NCBI GenBank assembly: GCA_035301625.1
Contig: DATGTW010000071.1
Span: forward strand, 4,858 to 68,857
Direction of reading: 5' to 3'
Length of the DNA stretch: 64,000 nucleotides
From: Paenalcaligenes sp.
Lineage (GTDB): Bacteria > Pseudomonadota > Gammaproteobacteria > Burkholderiales > Burkholderiaceae_B
Below are positions 59,855-64,000 of this stretch, one piece after another. The position numbers and the translations under genes are program-made. Numbering within the stretch: the first letter of the stretch is position 1; each line of letters starts with the position of its first letter. The notes beneath the pieces are model-generated. The model did not search any database and was not told where the DNA came from. It was given only the letters and a program-made list of their open reading frames with translations.

Positions 59855-60941
59855 AATCAAACTCTAGGCGCCGCTGCGTTTCTTTATCAAACCAGTGCAA
59901 TGGATGCCCTGGATTCAGACCTATTTGTATGGCTTCGTCTAATTCTAAAGGATAACGCGCGGTTTCCTCAGTAGGGCAACGCACAACGATGGGGTAGTCA
60001 CCCAAGCGCGCGTGTATCAATTGTTCTGAGCCCAGGACCTCTACCATTTCTATATCAACCTCAATCCCACTTTGGTGCAGTTTGAAGTGCTCTGGGCGGA
60101 CGCCCATGATTACACTTTTATTTTTAAGGGCATCAGGAATCAGATGAGGTTCAAATTGCAGTGTTTGGCCGTTATCAGCGATGATTTGTTTATTATCATT
60201 GATTTGAACAGGCAAAAGATTCATTGGTGGTGAGCCGATAAAACTAGCAACAAAAGTACTGGCTGGAGTATTAAATACTTCGTCTGGTGTTCCAATCTGC
60301 TCGGCCACACCTTTATTCATCACCACCATGCGTTGAGCTAACGTCATGGCCTCGACCTGATCATGAGTGACATATAGGCTCGTGGTGCGCAAGCGTTGGT
60401 GCAGCCTTTGAATTTCCAAGCGCATTTGTACTCGCAATTTAGCATCCAAGTTGGATAAGGGCTCATCAAATAGGAAAACTTTGGGTTCACGGACAATGGC
60501 GCGGCCCATTGCCACGCGCTGTCTTTGACCACCCGATAATTCGCGCGGTCGACGATCCAGTAGATGACTCAGCTCGAGGATTTTTGCAGCATTTTGCACC
60601 CGATCTTCAATTTCTTCTTTTGGGAATTTTTTAATCTTGAGCCCATACGCCATATTATCAAACACCTTCATGTGCGGATACAGGGCGTAATTTTGAAAGA
60701 CCATGGCAATATCACGTTGAGCGGGCTCGAGATTGTTAACTTGATTGCCAGCGATATGAATAGCACCGCTGGTAATGACCTCAAGACCTGCAACCATCCG
60801 AAGCAAGGTTGATTTGCCGCAACCAGAAGGGCCAACAATAACTACAAACTCACCTGCTTCGATGGCCATCGAAAAGTCTTTAATAACTTCGATATCGCCG
60901 GGGTAAATCTTGCCTACCTTGTCTAAAACAACTGCAGCCAT
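59853..60941 (-). CDS. ugpC: sn-glycerol-3-phosphate ABC transporter ATPase
   Basis: [22 protein letters not shown] and [12 protein letters not shown] motifs; follows ugpE. Confidence 0.93.
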   Translation of the reverse strand: MAAVVLDKVGKIYPGDIEVIKDFSMAIEAGEFVVIVGPSGCGKSTLLRMVAGLEVITSGAIHIAGNQVNNLEPAQRDIAMVFQNYALYPHMKVFDNMAYGLKIKKFPKEEIEDRVQNAAKILELSHLLDRRPRELSGGQRQRVAMGRAIVREPKVFLFDEPLSNLDAKLRVQMRLEIQRLHQRLRTTSLYVTHDQVEAMTLAQRMVVMNKGVAEQIGTPDEVFNTPASTFVASFIGSPPMNLLPVQINDNKQIIADNGQTLQFEPHLIPDALKNKSVIMGVRPEHFKLHQSGIEVDIEMVEVLGSEQLIHARLGDYPIVVRCPTEETARYPLELDEAIQIGLNPGHPLHWFDKETQRRLEFD

Positions 60942-60965
60942 AACAAGCGCATCCTCGTTAAGTAT

Positions 60966-61811
60966 TTATTTTTCCGAATCAATTAACCCTTTGACAAACC
61001 AGCGTTGCATCACCAAAACAACGATAGCGGGGGGGATCATGGCAAGCATCGCTGTGGCCATGACAATGTTCCAGCGAGTCACGCTGTCACCACCTGAAAT
61101 CAGGCGTTTAATACCCACCACGATAGGGTACATATCCTCATTGGTGGTGATGATTAAAGGCCAGAGGTATTGATTCCAACCATAAATGAATTGGATCACA
61201 AAAAGTGCCGCGATGCTAGTTTTGGATAGCGGCAACAAGATGTCTTTAAAGAAACGCATCGGACTTGCCCCATCGATACGCGCGGCCTCAACTAATTCAT
61301 CAGGCACCGTCAGGAAAAACTGCCGGAATAAAAAAGTAGCTGTAGCCGAGGCGATTAATGGCAGTGTCAGTCCGACATAACTGTTTAGTATTTTGAGGTT
61401 AGCTACGACCTCGTAGGTTGGGACAATACGGACCTCTACAGGCAACATCAGCGTGATAAAAATCAGCCAAAAACATAGCATTCGGAAAGGAAAGCGAAAA
61501 TAGACGACCGCAAAGGCTGAAATCATGGAAATAGCGATTTTACCAATGGAAATCACCAATGCCATAACAGTACTGACCCACAGCATCCGGCCTACTGGAG
61601 GCATACTTTCACCAGGGATTCCAAATAATGCGTGCTTATAATTTTCCCAGAAATGATCACCCATCACTAAAGACATGGGAGCACGTGCAACTTCGGCGGT
61701 AGTTTGTGTTGATGCCACAAAAGTAAGATAGAGGGGAAATGCAATGACCAGAACCCCCGCGAGCAATATCATGTGACTAAAGAAATCGAGCCAAGGACGT
61801 CGTTCTACCAT
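60966..61811 (-). CDS. ugpE: sn-glycerol-3-phosphate ABC permease
   Basis: MVERRPWLD start, [13 protein letters not shown] loop and [10 protein letters not shown] end. Confidence 0.95.
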   Translation of the reverse strand: MVERRPWLDFFSHMILLAGVLVIAFPLYLTFVASTQTTAEVARAPMSLVMGDHFWENYKHALFGIPGESMPPVGRMLWVSTVMALVISIGKIAISMISAFAVVYFRFPFRMLCFWLIFITLMLPVEVRIVPTYEVVANLKILNSYVGLTLPLIASATATFLFRQFFLTVPDELVEAARIDGASPMRFFKDILLPLSKTSIAALFVIQFIYGWNQYLWPLIITTNEDMYPIVVGIKRLISGGDSVTRWNIVMATAMLAMIPPAIVVLVMQRWFVKGLIDSEK

Positions 61812-61825
61812 TTCCTACTATCCCT

Positions 61826-62707
61826 TTAATAATTGACGCGGCGGTCGATATAACGGAATTGGAATACCGTCAAAGCAATGACAATCAGCATCAAGATGAC
61901 TGATTGAGCTGCTGAAGAGCCTAAATCTAAGCCTTTGAATCCAGTGTTATAGACCTTGTAAACCAAGATTGCCGTGCTGCTGCCCGGTCCTCCTTGAGTG
62001 ACCAGGTCGATGATCGCAAAGGTATCAAAAAAGGCATAAATCACGTTTACCACCAGCAAAAAGAATGCGGTAGGTGATAATAAGGGGAAGACAATTGACC
62101 AAAAACGGCGAAATGGGCCCGCGCCATCAATGGCAGCTGCCTCGATTAATGAGCGGGGGATGGCCTGTAAGCCTGCCAAGAAAAATAAAAAATTATAAGA
62201 AATCTGCTTCCAGACTGATGCCATTACAACTAATGTCATGGCATCATCTGCACTCAACCGTGGATTCCATTTAATTCCTAGTTTGACCAACCATACGGCT
62301 AAAACGCCAACAGAAGGTGAAAACATAAATAACCAAAGCACCCCTGCAACTGCAGTGGCTACCGCATAAGGCCAAATTAATAATGTTTTGTAAAAAGTAG
62401 CAGCTCGAATCACCCGATTGGCCATAACTGCTAACAAAAGAGAAATTGTTAAGCCAAGGATAGCAACCCAGAGAGAAAAACGTGCAGTGACCCAAAATGA
62501 TTGGCGATAACTGCTGTCTGCAAACAGTTCTTGGAAATTTTGTAAACCTACAAAAACAGAACTAAAGCCAAAAGGGTCTTCTAAATGAAATGATTGCCAC
62601 AGCGCTTGGCCAGCAGGCCAAAAAAAGAATACAAAAGTAACAATCAACTGCGGGGCAAGCAGTAAATAAGGGAGTGTTTTGTGTTGAAATACGACACGTT
62701 TATCCAT
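61826..62707 (-). CDS. ugpA: sn-glycerol-3-phosphate ABC permease
   Basis: [24 protein letters not shown] and SSAAQS motifs. Confidence 0.95.
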   Translation of the reverse strand: MDKRVVFQHKTLPYLLLAPQLIVTFVFFFWPAGQALWQSFHLEDPFGFSSVFVGLQNFQELFADSSYRQSFWVTARFSLWVAILGLTISLLLAVMANRVIRAATFYKTLLIWPYAVATAVAGVLWLFMFSPSVGVLAVWLVKLGIKWNPRLSADDAMTLVVMASVWKQISYNFLFFLAGLQAIPRSLIEAAAIDGAGPFRRFWSIVFPLLSPTAFFLLVVNVIYAFFDTFAIIDLVTQGGPGSSTAILVYKVYNTGFKGLDLGSSAAQSVILMLIVIALTVFQFRYIDRRVNY

Positions 62708-62756
62708 GGCATAGGGCGTTTGCAGGGGAGACAACGCGGCAGTAAAGGTTAAGTGA

Positions 62757-62784
62757 CGGCCGAGCATATTAATATGCTCGGCCG
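62757..62784. repeat. 28-bp perfect palindrome between ugpB and ugpA
   Basis: CGGCCGAGCATATT|AATATGCTCGGCCG. Confidence 0.9.
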
Positions 62785-62835
62785 CATTGTAGTCTATTTA
62801 AAAGGAAAAAGTATGAATAAGTACCTTGCTAGGAT

Positions 62836-63999
62836 TTAGTTAACGCTCTTCTCGAAACGCTCAAGGAGCTCATTGCCGCGCTTGACCATTTCTTTGATGC
62901 CATCTTCGGCGCTAATATTTCCTGCAAAGATTTCCTCCATGACGCCGTCTTCAACATCACGGATTTGTGGCAAATATCCCAAGCGAATACCACGGGAGTG
63001 CTCGGTAGTGTTTGCATCAAGCTGCATGACTGAGACTTCGGTGCCGACGTTTTCATCGTAGAAACCAGATTCTTTGGTGAGCTCGTAGCCGCCTGTGGTG
63101 ACGGGTACATAACCAGTTCCCTGGTGCCATTTAGCAGATTGTTCTGGGCTAGAGAGGAATTTGAAAAACTGCGTAACACCTTTGTAGGTCTCTTCTGGCT
63201 TGTCAGCAAATACCCACAGTGAAGCGCCTCCGATGATGGAGTTTTGAGGTGCGCCTTCAACATCTTCGTAGTAGGGTAGGGTGGAAATACCAAAATCAAA
63301 TTCACCTGTTTTCAAGATATTAGCGCGGTTACCACTAGAACCTGTAAACATGCCGCACTTACCTGAAGTAAAAAGTGCGTTGGGAGTATCGCCACGACCT
63401 CCATAGGTGAAATTGCCTTTTTCAGACATATCAGCCAAGAAACCTAGATGCTTTGTGAAAAGGGGGTCGTCTAGGCTAAGGCGTGCGTTGAGGCCACCAA
63501 AACCGTTATTTTCACTTGCATAAGGGACGTTATGCCAGGCAGAAAAGTTTTCCAGTAAAATCCAAGAGGGCCACGAGGTCGTATAGCCGCACTCATAGCC
63601 AGCATCGCGAATTTTTTGGGCTACATCGGCTACTTCCTCCCAAGTTTTTGGTGGGGAGTCTGGATCAAGCCCGGCTTCTTCAAAGGCGTCTTTGTTGTAA
63701 TATAGAACAGGAGTGGAGCTGTTGAATGGCATAGAAACCAGTTTGCCATCATTGTCTGAATAATAACCGCCAACGGCCCCTAGGAAAACTTCGGGGTCAA
63801 TGGGGTCGCCCACCATTTCTGACATTTCTTGTACAGGCTGTACGGCACCTTTAGCATGCATCATAGTTGCAGTGCCCACTTCGAAGACCTGCAAAATATC
63901 AGGTGCATTGCCCGCGCGAAATGCAGCGATCCCGGCATTCATGGACTCGCCATAGTTCCCTTTGTAGCTGGGCTTGACGACATAGTCCGATTGGCTGTT
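62836..63999 (-). CDS. ugpB: sn-glycerol-3-phosphate-binding protein, 5' end outside window
   Basis: Frame is open to the window edge (..YKGNYGESMNAGIAAFRAG). QVFEVGTATMM, PFNSSTPVLYYNKD and IIGGASLW motifs. Confidence 0.94.
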   Translation of the reverse strand, partial: NSQSDYVVKPSYKGNYGESMNAGIAAFRAGNAPDILQVFEVGTATMMHAKGAVQPVQEMSEMVGDPIDPEVFLGAVGGYYSDNDGKLVSMPFNSSTPVLYYNKDAFEEAGLDPDSPPKTWEEVADVAQKIRDAGYECGYTTSWPSWILLENFSAWHNVPYASENNGFGGLNARLSLDDPLFTKHLGFLADMSEKGNFTYGGRGDTPNALFTSGKCGMFTGSSGNRANILKTGEFDFGISTLPYYEDVEGAPQNSIIGGASLWVFADKPEETYKGVTQFFKFLSSPEQSAKWHQGTGYVPVTTGGYELTKESGFYDENVGTEVSVMQLDANTTEHSRGIRLGYLPQIRDVEDGVMEEIFAGNISAEDGIKEMVKRGNELLERFEKSVN

Positions 64000-64000
64000 A

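Noticed and set aside
11119-62784. Intergenic hairpins as a REP-like family or DNA uptake sequences
   Set aside because: The hairpins share no common sequence, and I saw no recurring GCCGTCTGAA-type motif.
1-64000. tRNA, rRNA, tmRNA, CRISPR, IS, prophage or defence systems; longer upstream starts in the ORF track
   Set aside because: No such elements were recognised, and the intergenic gaps are short. The extended starts for the MFP gene, copZ, prlC, folC, rpsB, tsf, pyrH, cdsA, bamA, fabZ, TrmH, ppsA and ugpA were trimmed to starts supported by an RBS or a conserved N-terminus.

Overview
This is a core-genome segment of a betaproteobacterium. Protein sequences and gene order point to Alcaligenaceae (Bordetella/Oligella/Paenalcaligenes-like; inference from recognition, not a database search). 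It is almost entirely housekeeping. From left to right it holds: the 3' end of an ABC ATPase; a MexCD-OprJ/AcrAB-type RND efflux triplet; pdxJ and a nitroreductase; a copper module (cueR, copA, copZ, a clear CueR promoter, a SCO protein); prlC-folD with a FixL/FixJ-like two-component pair divergent from aceE-aceF-lpdA; folC-dedD-cvpA-purF; dsbB-glnD-map; the rpsB-tsf-pyrH-frr-uppS-cdsA-dxr-rseP-bamA-skp-lpxD-fabZ-lpxA-lpxB-rnhB-TrmH cluster; ppsR/ppsA; smpB/ratA-rnfH; a HIB-CoA hydrolase-like gene; ygfZ; mltG-tmk-holB-tatD-ankyrin; and ugpBAEC (ugpB cut by the window end). I saw no tRNA, rRNA, CRISPR array, transposase, integrase, prophage or defence gene, and I cannot support a claim of a wholly new multi-gene system. 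The most unusual signals are non-coding: a ~155-nt nested hairpin inside a segment bounded by 10-bp direct repeats in the rpsB leader region, a three-hairpin rpsB-tsf spacer, and a loop-less 28-bp palindrome in the ugp operon. There are also several unusual gene contexts and residue changes (displaced pdxJ, TCS-folD coupling, divergent PurF and GlnD).
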